Below are positions 49,379 through 59,109 of a stretch of DNA of 64,000 bases, in pieces. The DNA lies in contig CAWFKH010000002.1 in the NCBI GenBank assembly GCA_963816355.1, positions 32,001-96,000 on the forward strand, read 5' to 3'. Numbering within the stretch: the first letter of the stretch is position 1; each line of letters begins with the position of its first letter. Source of the stretch: an uncultured Gemmatimonadales bacterium. Its GTDB lineage: Bacteria > Gemmatimonadota > Gemmatimonadetes > Longimicrobiales > RSA9. The position numbers were made by a program, and so were the translations under genes. The notes under the pieces are model-generated. The model saw only the letters and a program-made list of their open reading frames with translations. It did no database searches and was not told where the DNA came from.

Positions 49379-51939
49379 TTGCCTGATCCCGCTGCCCGGC
49401 CGCTCCGCCCGCTCCTCGCCGGCGTGCTCTGCGCCCTCGCCGTCGCCGGCCCCGCCCGCGCCCAGAGCACGGACGCGCCGTCGCGCCCGCCCGCCGTCGC
49501 CACGCGCGCCGCCGAGCTGCACGGCCCGGCCCGGCTCGACGGCACCGTACTCGACGCCCGCCACGGCGGCGCCGTCGTCGACGCGACGCTCACGCTGCGC
49601 GCGCTCGACCCCGCCGCCGCCGCGGCGCCAGCGCGGACCGCCACGACCCGCGCCGACGGCGCCTACGTCTTCGCGGACCTGCCGCGCGGCGCGTACGAGC
49701 TGGCCGTCGAGCGGTTCGGCTACCGCGGCGTCACGCTCGACGTCGCGCTCGAGCGCGACGCGCCACTCTCCGATCTCGATCACGCTCGAGCCGATCCCGT
49801 TCCGGCTCGATGCAATCGACCATGACGGTGGCGAAGCGCGCGGGCCGACGCTGACGCCGCCGCGTCGCACGCCGCCGCAGCGACGACGTGGCGGACCGCG
49901 CGGCTGCGGTGCGCGTGCGGCAGGACGCCTACCTCACGAGCGACGCCCGGCAGCTCGGCCACGCCGACCTGCGCGAGGCGAACACGCTGGTGGAGGACGA
50001 CGTCATGCGCGCGTTCCAGCGCGTGCCGGGCGTCGCCACCCGCGACGACTACGCCGCGGACCTGTGGACGCGCGGCGCCTCGGCCGGCCAGACGGCGGTT
50101 CTCTTCGACGGCGTGCCGCTGGTCGGCGGCGTGCACGCGCTGGGCGTCCTCGGCGGGCTCGACTCGGACATGCTCGCCACCGCGAGCTTTCAGCCCGGCG
50201 TGGCGAGCGCGTCGCTGCAGGGCGCCGGCGCCGGCGTCGTCTCGGTCGAGAGCCGTTCTCCCGCGCGCGACGGCCGGGCGGGCGGCGTCGCCATTTCGCC
50301 GGTCAGCGTCCGCGCCACGGTGGACGGTCGCGTGGGCGACCGCTTCGCCTGGGCCGCCGGCGCCCGCCGCAGCTACATCGACGCATTCTCCGCCTTCGCC
50401 TCCGGCGTGGTCCCGCGGGGCGGCGTTCCGTACGCGTTCGACGACGCCACGGCCCGCTTCGACCTCGCGCTGACGCCCCACCAGCGCCTGGAGGCGAGCG
50501 GCTTCTGGCAGGACGACCGCGTCTTCGGCGACGTGGAGGGCGTGGCGTACGGTAACGACGGCGGCTGGGGCGCCCGCATCGCGCGCGTCTCGCTCGTATC
50601 GTCGCTTGCGGGTGCGACAATGCGCAACACCTTCGCGCTCAGCAACTTCGACGTGTCGCTCCGCGCCGATCCGCTCACCGCCGGCCACGAGCCGCTCCAG
50701 TCGGCCACCGAGAACCACTACGGCACGCTGCTCTGGGAGGCGCGGCTGGAAGGTGGCGGCACGGGCGCGCTCGCCGGCGCGGCGCCGTGGTCGCTCGGCG
50801 CGCGCGCGACGTGGGAGCGCCACGTCTATAACGGCCCCGGCGTCGACCTCGCCCGCCTCCTTTCGCCGGAAGAGCTCTCGCGCCGCGGCATCTCCGACCT
50901 GTCGCAGATCATCCGCGAAATCGAGCGCGCCCATCTGCTCGACTCCGAGCGCGCCGCCCGCATCGCCCTGTGGGGCGAGCGCCGGGTCGCGCTCTCGGAC
51001 CGCTTCACCGTGGACGCGGGCCTGCGCCTCGAGAGCGGGGACGCCATCCGCGGCGCCGATCTCCGCCTCGCGCCGCGCCTCCGCCTGCGCTACCGTGCGG
51101 TCGGTTCGCCGCTCTCCCTCTCCGCCGCGTACGGCCGGGCGTATCAGTACCTGCAGTCCGTCGCCACCACGGACGTGCTGCGAGCCGGGCTGCGCGCGAG
51201 CGAGATCCTCGTACAGGCGGACACCGCGACCGCGCCGCTGCGCTCCGACCTCGTGAGCGTCGGCGCCGAGCTGTGGGGCGGCGCCGACTGGCTCCTCGGC
51301 GCCACCGCCTGGTCGCGCGTCTCCGCCGGCATCCTCCTGCCGGATCCCAGCCCGGGCACCATCGACGGACCGCGGCCGCTCGTCGCCGCCCGCGGCGGCG
51401 CGCGCGGCGTCGAGATCTCCGTCCGCAAGCTCGAAGGCCGCACCCGCGCCTTCGCGAACTATACGCTGTCGGTGTCGCGGGAGAGCACGGGCCGCCGCGC
51501 CTTCTACGCGTCAGAAGACCGGCGCCACGTGGCGAATATCGGTATCGTCACGCGCGTACACCCCGAGTGGCTGCTGGGCGCTACGCTCCGCGCACAGAGC
51601 GGCGCTCCGTACACGAGGCTCACACTGGTCCAGCGATCATGCACTCCGTCCTTCGCCTGCGACGAACCTCCGCCGCTCTTCTACGGCGCGCCCGCCGCCC
51701 AGCGTGCGCCCGCCTTCGCGAGCTTCGACCTGATGGGCGAGTGGACGCACGCGTTCCGCACCTGGTCGCTCTCCGTCTACGGCCAGCTCCGCAACGCGCT
51801 CGGCCGGCGCAACGCCGTCACCTACCACGCCTCCTGCATCTGCGCGGCGGAGGGCGACGCGGGCCAGCTCGGCCTCCACGACACCTTCGACCCCGGCCTG
51901 CCCCGCATGCCGGTCGCGGGGCTCCGCGTCCGCTTCTGA
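49379..51939 (+). pseudogene. TonB-dependent receptor with carboxypeptidase-like N-domain, interrupted by at least two frameshifts (pseudogene or sequencing error)
   Basis: Signal peptide and CarboxypepD-like domain in one frame up to about 49770, linker ISITLEPIPFRLDAI in a second frame, plug and barrel (DVMRAFQRVPGV, LFDGVP, C-terminal RVRF) in a third frame from about 49855. Confidence 0.75.
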
Positions 51940-51942
51940 AGC

Positions 51943-52443
51943 ATGACGCTGGAGGAGCTGTTCGATGCGCACCACACGAGCCTGTTCCGCTTCGTCGCCT
52001 GGATGACGAACGACCCGGACTACGCCAAGGACGTCGTGCAGGACACCTTCCTCTCCATCGCCAGGCGGCCGATCCCGCCCCACGCCTCGGAAAGGGCGTG
52101 GCTCTTCCAGGTCGCGCGCGGACTCGCCCGCTCCGGGCTGCGCAAGCGCAGCCGCCGCGACGCCCTCCTGCGCGCCGCCTCCCACCGCCTCCCCAGCGGC
52201 GACGCACCCGCCACACCCGAGGCCGACGCCGAGCGCGCCGAGACCCGCGCCGTCGTCCGGCGCGCCCTCGCCGCGCTCCCCGAGAAGCAGCGCACGATTC
52301 TGCTCATGCGCGAGGAAGGCTTCACCCACCGCGAGATCGCCGAGGCGATCGGAACCACCACCGGCTCCGTCGGCACGATGTGGGCCCGCGCCCTCGCCCG
52401 CCTCGAAGCCCGTCTCGACGTCGAATGGAGGGAAACGCCATGA
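51943..52443 (+). CDS. ECF RNA polymerase sigma factor
   Basis: AKDVVQDTF, RAWLFQVA, ALAALPEKQRTILLMREEGFTHREIAEAIG. Confidence 0.93.
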   Translation: MTLEELFDAHHTSLFRFVAWMTNDPDYAKDVVQDTFLSIARRPIPPHASERAWLFQVARGLARSGLRKRSRRDALLRAASHRLPSGDAPATPEADAERAETRAVVRRALAALPEKQRTILLMREEGFTHREIAEAIGTTTGSVGTMWARALARLEARLDVEWRETP

Positions 52444-53315
52444 CCCTCCGCCACGAGACCGGCGACGCGAACCTCCGCCCCGAGACCGGCGACGCGAACC
52501 TCCGCCACGAGCCCGGCGCCACGCTCGGCGACGGCCTCCTCGCGCGGTACCTCCACGGCGAGCTCGACGGCGACGCCGCCCGCGCCCTCGCCGCGCACCT
52601 CTCCGCCTGCGACGCCTGCTGCCAGCTCGCCGCCTCGATCGAGGCGCGCGCCCGGCGCGTCCGCGAAGCGCTTCAAGACGCCGCCTTCGACGAGCCCCGG
52701 CCCGCCGCGTGGGAAGCCGTGCGCGACGCGGTGCGCTCCGCCTCCGCCGCACGGCGCCGCGCCGCCCGCTTCCGCATCGCCGCCGGCCTCCTCCTGGCAA
52801 TGACCGCCGCCGCCGCCGCGGCGAGCCCGCCCGTGCGCGCCTGGATCGCCCGGAGCTGGACCTCGCTCGTGCACCGCGAGACCCCGCCGCCCGCCGTCGC
52901 GCCGGTGCCGGCGGCGATCCCGGCCGCGACACCCGCGGGCGCCGCCGCGCTCTCGTTCCGCGCGTCCGGCCCCGTCGTCGACGTCGTCCTCAACACGACC
53001 CAGGCGGGCGGCACGCTCGCGGCACGTTTCACCGCCGGCGAGCAGGTCGTCGTCTCGGTCGACGACGGCGGCGGCGAGCACGTGACGTGGAGCGGCGACG
53101 TCGTCCGCATCGCCAACCTCGCCTCCTCGAACGCATCCTACACGATCACGCTCCCGGACGGCGTGGACCGGCTGCGCATCCGCGTCGGTGCGCGGCGCCC
53201 GATCGAGATGACGCGCGACGCGGTCGGCGCCGACGTCGTCCGCATCGAGATGGACAGCGGCGCCCCGGTCGGCACGCGCCGCGTCAGAAACCGCTCGGCT
53301 CGCGACGCCCACTGA
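52440..53315 (+). CDS. Membrane-spanning ZAS anti-sigma factor
   Basis: LARYLHGEL...HLSACDAC, one TM (IAAGLLLAM...SPPVRAWI), periplasmic beta domain; ATGA overlap. Confidence 0.88.
   Translation: MTLRHETGDANLRPETGDANLRHEPGATLGDGLLARYLHGELDGDAARALAAHLSACDACCQLAASIEARARRVREALQDAAFDEPRPAAWEAVRDAVRSASAARRRAARFRIAAGLLLAMTAAAAAASPPVRAWIARSWTSLVHRETPPPAVAPVPAAIPAATPAGAAALSFRASGPVVDVVLNTTQAGGTLAARFTAGEQVVVSVDDGGGEHVTWSGDVVRIANLASSNASYTITLPDGVDRLRIRVGARRPIEMTRDAVGADVVRIEMDSGAPVGTRRVRNRSARDAH
52445..52523. repeat. 27-bp in-frame tandem repeat (LRHETGDAN) at the anti-sigma N-terminus, about 3 copies
   Basis: CCTCCGCC(A/C)CGAGACCGGCGACGCGAA repeated. Confidence 0.85.
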
Positions 53316-53388
53316 GTACGACGGTCGTCGCTACGGCCGTCGCCCGCGGACGCCCAGCCGAGACCGTGAACGACACGGAGAGATCACC

Positions 53389-54129
53389 ATGAGGACACGC
53401 TTCGCCGCCCGCCCGCACCTGCGCTCGGGCGGAGCCATCTTCGTCGCGGCGATCGCCGTCGCGGCCCTCTCGAGCCTCGCCGGCTGCAGCGACGCCGTCG
53501 CGCCCGCGAGCGGCATCAATCCCGCGCTGCTCGACGCCAGCAACGGCGCCGGCTTCGCCGGCAGCCTCACGGACGGCCTGCCCCAGGGCGCCGGCACCTT
53601 CACCGGCCCCGGCGGCATCCCGATGGACGCCACCGGCTTCGACTTCAGCCAGCAGCTCACGCTCCTCGACGGGACCGTGCTGCGCAGCTCCGGCGTCGGC
53701 GTTACGGCCGTCCCCGACGAGAGCGTCGTCGGAGCCCCGATCGACTACGTCAGCTTCGGCGCGGTGAACACCGGCAGCTTCGACGCCGTCCAGGTCGGCG
53801 CTTACGACGTCGCCTGGCCCACGTTCGACTTCATCCACGAGGTCAGCTTCGGCTACGCGCTCGCGCGGCCGCCCGGCCAGAAAGTGGCCGACCACGCCGA
53901 CGCCGGCACCGTCACCATCACGTCGCTCCAGTACTTCAGCGACGAGATACCATGCACCCGCAAGCTCACCGGCATCGTCATCGACCGGTGCACCTACCGC
54001 ATCGGCGTCGTCGCCGGCACCGTCGAATACCGCATGACGCTCGGCGACGGCACCGAGATCGTCCAGAACCGGGCAAGCTTCAGCCTGCCCGTTCAGAGGC
54101 AGGTGCTGGTCGCGCACCAGGTGGAGTAG
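53389..54129 (+). CDS. Hypothetical lipoprotein
   Basis: LAGC lipobox, GGAG RBS, strong GC3 bias, beta-rich body with a Cys pair. Confidence 0.82.
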   Translation: MRTRFAARPHLRSGGAIFVAAIAVAALSSLAGCSDAVAPASGINPALLDASNGAGFAGSLTDGLPQGAGTFTGPGGIPMDATGFDFSQQLTLLDGTVLRSSGVGVTAVPDESVVGAPIDYVSFGAVNTGSFDAVQVGAYDVAWPTFDFIHEVSFGYALARPPGQKVADHADAGTVTITSLQYFSDEIPCTRKLTGIVIDRCTYRIGVVAGTVEYRMTLGDGTEIVQNRASFSLPVQRQVLVAHQVE

Positions 54130-54132
54130 AAC

Positions 54133-54278
54133 GGATTGGACGGCGGGACGGAACGGCGCAACGGAACTGCGGGATTGAACGGCGGGACGGAACTGCGGGA
54201 CGGAACGGCGGGATTCAACTGCGGGCCAATGCGGGATTCAACGGCGGGACTGAACGGCAGGTTCAACTGCGGGACTGC
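54133..54278. repeat. 13-bp tandem array, reverse orientation (GGATTGAACTGCG-like), about 11 copies
   Basis: ggattggacggcg ggacggaacggcg ... ggattcaactgcg, the reverse complement of the 49211 unit. Confidence 0.88.
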
Positions 54279-54436
54279 GGCGTCCGGGGACCGGGGCGGG
54301 GGGGCCAACAGTGCGCGCGGGAACCGCGGTCCCGACGAGCCGGCCAGCCACGAATCCCGCCGTGCCGCGACGCCGCCGACGACTCCCGGTCTTCCAGCGC
54401 TCCAGCCGCCCCCCGAGTCGCAGCACCGGGCCGCCG

Positions 54437-54500
54437 CCCCGCATTTTAAATCCCGCCGTCGGTCCCGCAGTTAAATCCCGCAGTTAAATCCCGCAGTCCC
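54437..54500. repeat. 13-bp tandem array (GTTAAATCCCGCA), about 4-5 copies
   Basis: taaatcccgcc ... gttaaatcccgca gttaaatcccgca, abutting the DUF4236 stop. Confidence 0.85.
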
Positions 54501-55892
54501 CTACATCCCCCCCACCCCCGCCACCACCGCCCCCGCCTCCCCGGCGTCCGGCGTCGTGATCAGGACAGGCCGTTTCCGGCCGTCCTCCGTGATCCGCAGC
54601 ACGTTGCGGTCGAGATCGACGTCGACGTCCAGGATCCGCGTGAGCGGCACCGACGTCGTCCCCTCCGCGACGACGAGCACGCGCCGGTCCGTCACCAGCA
54701 GCGTCCCCTCGGTGCGCACCACGAGCCCGCGCACCGAGTAGCGCCGCCCCGCGCGCTGGAAGCGGCGCACCACCTTCTCGCGCAGCAGCCGCGCCGGCGC
54801 CCGGTAGTGGCACGTCTCCCCCTCCGGCAGCGGCACGCCCGCGTCCACCGTCGCCAGCTCGCCGCCCCGGATCTCTCGCAGACGACGCAGCCGCTCCAGC
54901 ACGCCGCGCTCCGGGGCGACGTCGTCGTCCGCCAGCTCCAGCGCGCCGCGCACCTCCTCCAGCGCGGATTCCTCCGCCCGCGTCAGATCCCGGTCCGCGA
55001 CCGCCGCCGCGTACGCGGCGTGGTACGCGTCGCGGCGCGCCGCCGTGCAGAACGCCGCGTCGATCGCGAAGCGCTCCTCGAGCTGCCGCAGCAGCGTCGC
55101 CTCCCCCTCGCCGATCCGCCCGTCGGCCGCCGCCCGCAGCGCCGCGCGCAGGTAGAGCGCGCGCAGCTCCGCACCACCGGCGCCCGCCTCGAGCCGCGCG
55201 TCGCGCAGCGCGACCTCGATACGCGTCACCGACGCCGGCGCCAGCGGCCGCTCCTCGACGCACGCCGACTCCAGCAGACGACGCAGCGCGGAGCGCGCCT
55301 CGCGACGCCCCCGCGCGCGCAGCACGAGAAGGGTCCACGCCAGCAGCAGCGCGACGGCGGCCGCGCCCGCGACGACGCGCACCGCGCCGCTCGTCGCGAG
55401 CGCCGCGATCGCGGCGCCGCCCGCGCCGGCGGCGAGCAGCGCGGCCGCGCGCGGATGCGCGCCTGCCGGCAGCCTCGCGTCCGCCTCGCCGGAGAGCGCG
55501 TCGCGGTCGGCCCCGACGTTCGTCTCCACGGCCGGCGGCGGATACGTCGCGCCGGTGTCGGCGTAGAGCGCGGCGGTCGCGCCGTCGTCGCACGGCACGG
55601 AGATGTGGCGTGCGGAGGGGATGCCGCCGAACCCCCCGCCGGCGCCGCCGCCGCCCGCGGAGGACGAGCCGCCGGAGACGCGCCCGGCGGAGGTCGCGGC
55701 CGCGCGACGTCGTACGGCGCCGAGGTCGCGGCGGTAGTAGAGCCCGCCGTGCCCCGCGTGAACGTATGCGTGCCCCTTCGCCGACACGCCCAGGCGCCCG
55801 CCCGGGACGCCGGCCGAAAGGCCGACGCCGCTCCGCGACAGGTTCAGGCGCAGCGGCCCGAGCCGGAAACTCTTGCGAAGGTAGAATCCCAT
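54501..55892 (-). CDS. DUF4236 domain protein with TM, TerB-like helical region and PH-like C-terminus
   Basis: MGFYLRKSFRLGPLRLNLSRSGVGLSAG...GLYYR (DUF4236); AAADGRIGEGE and AVADRDLTRAEE (TerB-like); EGTLLVTDRRVL (PH-like). Confidence 0.85.
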   Translation of the reverse strand: MGFYLRKSFRLGPLRLNLSRSGVGLSAGVPGGRLGVSAKGHAYVHAGHGGLYYRRDLGAVRRRAAATSAGRVSGGSSSAGGGGAGGGFGGIPSARHISVPCDDGATAALYADTGATYPPPAVETNVGADRDALSGEADARLPAGAHPRAAALLAAGAGGAAIAALATSGAVRVVAGAAAVALLLAWTLLVLRARGRREARSALRRLLESACVEERPLAPASVTRIEVALRDARLEAGAGGAELRALYLRAALRAAADGRIGEGEATLLRQLEERFAIDAAFCTAARRDAYHAAYAAAVADRDLTRAEESALEEVRGALELADDDVAPERGVLERLRRLREIRGGELATVDAGVPLPEGETCHYRAPARLLREKVVRRFQRAGRRYSVRGLVVRTEGTLLVTDRRVLVVAEGTTSVPLTRILDVDVDLDRNVLRITEDGRKRPVLITTPDAGEAGAVVAGVGGM

Positions 55893-55998
55893 GGAGTGAT
55901 TCGCACCACCGATCGACGTGTGATCGAACTGCCGGAGCGCGTAGCCAATGTAGTCGTCGGGAGCCCCCCACAGCCAACCGACGAGGGCGAGCCCCCCG

Positions 55999-56322
55999 TC
56001 ACGACTTCAGCCGGATCACGTATCCCCCGCCATCGAGATCCGGCCCCCATTCCCCCACCGCGGCGAAGCGCCCGGACTCGAGAAGTCCGCGGACCAGCCC
56101 GCGCAGCACCGGCCGCCCGCTCGATCCGTGCCCCTTCCCCGTTATCAGGTGAAGGAGCCCGCCCGGATGGTGCCGCTGCGCCGCGGCGAGAACGCGCTCG
56201 ACGGCCACACGGGCCTCGCTGGCCGTGAACCCGTGCAGGTCCAGCGTCTCGTCGACCGGTCCATCGAGCGGCTCGAACGGGTTGCGATACGGCTCACTCC
56301 TGCGCCTGCGGCGAGGGCTCAT
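55999..56322 (-). CDS. Smr domain protein
   Basis: TLDLHG....A, LITGKGHGS, PVLR, GGGYVIRL. Confidence 0.92.
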   Translation of the reverse strand: MSPRRRRRSEPYRNPFEPLDGPVDETLDLHGFTASEARVAVERVLAAAQRHHPGGLLHLITGKGHGSSGRPVLRGLVRGLLESGRFAAVGEWGPDLDGGGYVIRLKS

Positions 56323-56729
56323 GATCCCCGGGGTTCAACGGCGCTCAGCAGGTGCCGGGCGAAGGCGCGATCGGCGGGGGCGAGATCCATGTCCGCGAGA
56401 TCCCGCAGCGCGACCCACCTGACTTCGTCGTGTTCGAACGGCCGTGGATCACCGACCGCGTCCACCGGAACGAAGCGGATCCCGAAACGGGATCCGGCGT
56501 CGCGGCACTCGAACAGGGGAGCGGCCGCGCCGCGCACCTCCAGTCCAAGCTCCTCTCGAAGCTCCCGCCGCACCGCTCCGATCCACGACTCGCCCCGTTC
56601 CAGTTTCCCCCCGGGGAACTCCCACAGGCCGCCGTGCCGCTTGTGAGCCGGCCTGCGGCAGAGGAGATAGCAGCCGTCGCGGCGGATCACCGCGGCGATC
56701 ACCGGGACGGTTGCGGGCGAAGTCGCCAT
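56319..56729 (-). CDS. NUDIX hydrolase, MutT/NudG-like
   Basis: GLWEFPGGKLERGES...AVRRELREELG Nudix box; LAPAD. Confidence 0.93.
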   Translation of the reverse strand: MATSPATVPVIAAVIRRDGCYLLCRRPAHKRHGGLWEFPGGKLERGESWIGAVRRELREELGLEVRGAAAPLFECRDAGSRFGIRFVPVDAVGDPRPFEHDEVRWVALRDLADMDLAPADRAFARHLLSAVEPRGS

Positions 56730-57634
56730 CAGCCCGCTCTCCGGAACGCCTCGAAGCGCTCGGCGAGGTAGTCTCGGTTCGGCTGGAGGCGGGCGGAACG
56801 GGGGACGGCGATGCGCGCGCGGTCGAGCTCCTGCAGCCCGTGGCGCAGCATCGGGCCGTCGATCTCCTCGAGCACGTCCTCGCGCACGTGAACGAGGTAA
56901 TCCGGATCGACGCCGACGATTCCGACGTCGAACGCGCCGTGGTGGATCCGGCACAGCGACAGCCCGTTCGGCACCTCCGGCAAGCCGCTGACCTCGCGGT
57001 CCGGACGGATGTGGGCCGCATCGAGGAGCTCGGGGTGCCTGAGGCGGCACATGGCGCAACGCTCGCGGTAGGCCCGCAGCACGAGATAGCGGAAGCGACG
57101 CTGGTGCAGCCGCGCCTTCACCTCGCGGGTGACGTACGCTTTCAAAGGCGCGTGCTCGTCGGGGTCGAGTGTGTCGGCCGTGATCGTGCCGATCGTGTCC
57201 GCGATGAGCATGAACGTGAGCCGCTCCGGCACGTCGCCCACGACGTACGTCGGGAAGACCGGCTGGTACACACCCGGCTGCACGGCGACGAGGTAGAGGA
57301 TCGGCCGCCGCGTCTCCATCGCCCGTCGCAACGCGACGTTGTCCGGGTGGTTCGGATCCTGACCACGGTACTTGTAGACGAACCGATCGTCGCCGCTGTC
57401 GGCGCGGTCTGCGTACGGACTCTTGAAGGACGTCTGGACCGTGAGGGCGATGCCGCTGTCGCGGAGGGCTGCGGGTCGGAAGATCCCTTGCTGCTGGTTC
57501 CAGATCGGGACGCGTCGGCCCTCGAAGGTGAAACCTTCGTTCAGCTGCACGGAGGTGACCACGCCCCCCGCTTCGCGCCGGAGGTTGTCGACGTGGGCGA
57601 AGAGTGCGAGGCGGAGACGGAGGTCGTGGTCCAA
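56729..57634 (-). CDS. HNH endonuclease with SRA-like N-terminal domain (putative modification-dependent restriction enzyme)
   Basis: N-terminal QQGIFRP, SPYAD, YKYRG, DNVALR; C-terminal RLHQRRFR..VLRAY..CAMC..LLDAAHI..NGLSLCRIHHGAFD. TTG start. Confidence 0.9.
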   Translation of the reverse strand: MDHDLRLRLALFAHVDNLRREAGGVVTSVQLNEGFTFEGRRVPIWNQQQGIFRPAALRDSGIALTVQTSFKSPYADRADSGDDRFVYKYRGQDPNHPDNVALRRAMETRRPILYLVAVQPGVYQPVFPTYVVGDVPERLTFMLIADTIGTITADTLDPDEHAPLKAYVTREVKARLHQRRFRYLVLRAYRERCAMCRLRHPELLDAAHIRPDREVSGLPEVPNGLSLCRIHHGAFDVGIVGVDPDYLVHVREDVLEEIDGPMLRHGLQELDRARIAVPRSARLQPNRDYLAERFEAFRRAG

Positions 57635-57698
57635 TTCAAGCGGCGATGTCGAAGTCCTCGTCGACTACCGCGAGGCGGCCACCGGGAAGGCGACGAAT

Positions 57699-57716
57699 CA
57701 CAGCGACCTCGCTGTG
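57699..57716. promoter_or_regulatory. Palindrome CACAGCGA-CC-TCGCTGTG upstream of the HNH gene
   Basis: Perfect 8-bp arms about 65 bp upstream of the HNH start. Confidence 0.35.
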
Positions 57717-57720
57717 CGAC

Positions 57721-57750
57721 CCCCGCAGTCCAATCCCGCAGTCCAATCCC
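57721..57750. repeat. 13-bp repeat GTCCAATCCCGCA, about 2.3 copies
   Basis: ccccgcagtccaatcccgcagtccaatccc right after the methyltransferase stop. Confidence 0.85.
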
Positions 57751-57751
57751 C

Positions 57752-58606
57752 TCACACCCCCGCCCTCAGCCGCCCACCCCGATAGACCCGGACGCCGTCG
57801 CCGGCGAGGAGTAGGAAGGCGGCGTCGCCCCGGCCGTGGGCCCGCATGAGGTCGAGCATGATCGGCTCCTCGCCGCCCCACGGGTAGCCGAACACGACGT
57901 CGAAGTCCTCCAGCGCCATGCCCAGCTCGAGGTAGCCGGACTCGCCGGTGGCAACCGTGCCGAGCCGGCGGTCGCCGCCCTGGCCGCCCCACTCGTACCC
58001 GGTGGGGAGGAAGCTGCCGGCCACGAAGCGCGCGTCCGAGTCGAACCGGCGTGCCAGCTCGCGCGCCTGATCGACGAGGCGCGCGTCGATCTCGATGCCG
58101 CAGGCCTCGAAGCCGAGCAGGTCCGCCATGATCGTGATGACGCCGGTCGCCGAGCCCCACTCGAGGAAGCGCAGCCCCGGCGCGCGCAGCGGAAGCAGCG
58201 CCTCGAGGACGACGTCGTAGTCCGCGGCGACGAAGGGGTGGAACGCCTGCCGGCGCACCGCGCGGTCGAAGCGGTCCCACAGCTCGTCGCCTTCGTCGAA
58301 CAGCTCGCGCAGGCGCCGCTGCAGCGTCGCGTCGAGCCCGGCCGCGACGAGGGCGGCGGCGAGGGCGCGACCGTGCTGGGCCGGCCGCGGGTTCAGGCGG
58401 CCGGGGCGCGCGCCGCGCGTGGCCCGCTCGATCTCTGACTCGTCCTCGTCCGACTCCTCGTCCGACTCGTCGTCGCCCCCGTTCGAGCCCGACTCGTCGC
58501 CCGACTCCCTGCGCGCGCGCTTCTTTTCCGCCTTCGCGGCGCGCTTCCTCTGCTTCTCCGCTTCCTTCTGCCGCTTCTGGAACCCGTAGTTCTGTCGCTT
58601 GGCCAC
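57752..58606 (-). CDS. Class I SAM-dependent methyltransferase with N-terminal basic/acidic extension
   Basis: GTG 58606 with GGAGG RBS; FLEWGSATG motif I, GIEID, GSFLP, FDVVFGYPW. Confidence 0.8.
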   Translation of the reverse strand: MAKRQNYGFQKRQKEAEKQRKRAAKAEKKRARRESGDESGSNGGDDESDEESDEDESEIERATRGARPGRLNPRPAQHGRALAAALVAAGLDATLQRRLRELFDEGDELWDRFDRAVRRQAFHPFVAADYDVVLEALLPLRAPGLRFLEWGSATGVITIMADLLGFEACGIEIDARLVDQARELARRFDSDARFVAGSFLPTGYEWGGQGGDRRLGTVATGESGYLELGMALEDFDVVFGYPWGGEEPIMLDLMRAHGRGDAAFLLLAGDGVRVYRGGRLRAGV

Positions 58607-58788
58607 CCTTCGTCCTCCCGGCTGCGAGGGTCGCCGCACCGAACGATTCGACCGGCGATGAGTCGTTTACCCGGAGAAGCGCGGAAGGTGGCGGAAGATC
58701 GCGCGGCGCATGCCCGATCGCTCGGCCGCGGAGCCGTCGCGGCGCGTCCGGCCCGGAACCTGCCATGCCCCGCCGTGGAGGTGCGACA

Positions 58789-59067
58789 ATGACCCTGATG
58801 AGCTTCCTGATCCTGCTGCTGATCGCCGCCGTCTGCGGCGCGCTCGGACAGTCGATCGCCGGCTACTCGCTCGGTGGCTGCCTCGTCGCCACCGCCGTCG
58901 GCTTCATCGGCGCGCTGCTCGGCGGCTGGATCGCGCGCGCGTTCGGCCTGCCGCAGATGCTCGTCGTGAGCGTCGGCGGCCAGCCGTTCCCCGTCGTCTG
59001 GTCGATCATCGGCGCCACCCTGTTCGCGCTCGTGGTGGGCCTGATCTCGAGAGGGCGACGGGTCTGA
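58789..59067 (+). CDS. GlsB/YeaQ/YmgE family small membrane protein
   Basis: GGAGG RBS; VGFIGALLGGWI, WSIIGATLF; three TMs. Confidence 0.9.
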   Translation: MTLMSFLILLLIAAVCGALGQSIAGYSLGGCLVATAVGFIGALLGGWIARAFGLPQMLVVSVGGQPFPVVWSIIGATLFALVVGLISRGRRV

Positions 59068-59109
59068 TCCCGAGAGGGCCTCGCTTCGCCGCCGCGGGCT
59101 TCTCCGCCG

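Noticed and set aside
54130..57750. Integrative element or prophage around the HNH cassette
   Set aside because: No integrase, transposase, tRNA target or att-like direct repeats recognised.
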